Below are positions 63,674 to 64,000 of a stretch of DNA of 64,000 nt, in pieces; the first letter of the stretch is position 1, and every line of letters starts with the position of its first letter. Both the position numbers and the translations under genes were made by a program. The notes under the pieces were generated by a model that saw nothing but the letters and a program-made list of their open reading frames with translations, searched no databases and had not been told where the DNA came from. Source of the DNA: Mytilus trossulus (taxonomy: Eukaryota); the NCBI RefSeq assembly GCF_036588685.1, contig NC_086375.1, positions 15,934,001 to 15,998,000 of the forward strand, given 5' to 3'.

Positions 63674-63887
63674 TGTCGGTGATTTAGAGACAGTTTAACT
63701 TACGCGTCAAACGTTAACACTACTTTTAACGCCGTTTCCATTCACATTGTTAACGTCATCATTATCTTCTGTTAACGTTGTGCTATTGTTATGTATCATG
63801 TTGCTATATTGAGTTCAGATTATACGATCAAACGAACCAGACGTTGTTTTACTGCCTGTCTAGACTTTAGTTAACCCATCCGTCATA
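63674..63887 (+). repeat. 3' LTR
   Basis: Direct repeat of 58935-59148, followed by TSD GTGAC. Confidence 0.95.
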
Positions 63888-64000
63888 GTGACCTTCTATT
63901 TATTCAATGCTAACCATGTGGGCTTTGTTTGTGAAGAGTTCCAGATGACAAAAAAATCCCTCATTTTTTTTGTTATTGTTATAAACCATAAATCGATCCG

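Larger units (their letters stand above)
58935..63887 (+). mobile_element. BEL/Pao LTR retrotransposon, defective
   Basis: LTRs 58935-59148 and 63674-63887 (214 bp, 2 differences seen). TSD GTGAC at 58930-58934 and 63888-63892. PBS TGGTGCTGTGACCAG at 59150. Domain order protease (ILLDEGAQNSFI), RT (SDLEKAFLQI, LYVDN), RNase H (LHVFTDAS, LPKLELMGA, NPADLLTRG), integrase (GVDFTG, SDNA, WERMIG, RPVTKLYPLE). Confidence 0.97.

Overview
AT-rich animal genomic DNA, inferred to be bivalve or mussel-like from its gene and repeat content. The main feature is a ~25 kb, 28-exon, + strand gene (ATG 4903, stop 30111) for a very large (~5,290 aa) apolipophorin/apoB-like large lipid transfer protein. It has a signal peptide, Vitellogenin_N exons, one ~10.1 kb exon of repetitive amphipathic beta-strand modules with a single frameshift near 18730, and a C-terminal VWD domain. 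Downstream are a decayed spliced coiled-coil gene (42.1-45.2 kb), an intact two-exon secreted coiled-coil/C1q-domain gene on the - strand (53968-51427) with a tandem pseudogene remnant, and a young but defective BEL/Pao LTR retrotransposon (58935-63887; 214-bp LTRs, GTGAC TSD, gag deleted with an internal inversion). Intergenic and intronic DNA holds Crypton-, Penelope-, MULE-, hAT- and Helentron-type remnants, a tRNA-derived SINE and degenerate hammerhead/retrozyme copies. The most notable observations are the modular giant beta exon, three sequence-unrelated elements sharing one inverted-repeat plus palindrome plus GA-flanked mini-hairpin grammar, an 83-bp exon copy 30 kb away just upstream of the C1q gene, and recurrent TACATGTA at lesion sites. 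All coordinates and counts were read by eye and no database searches were run.
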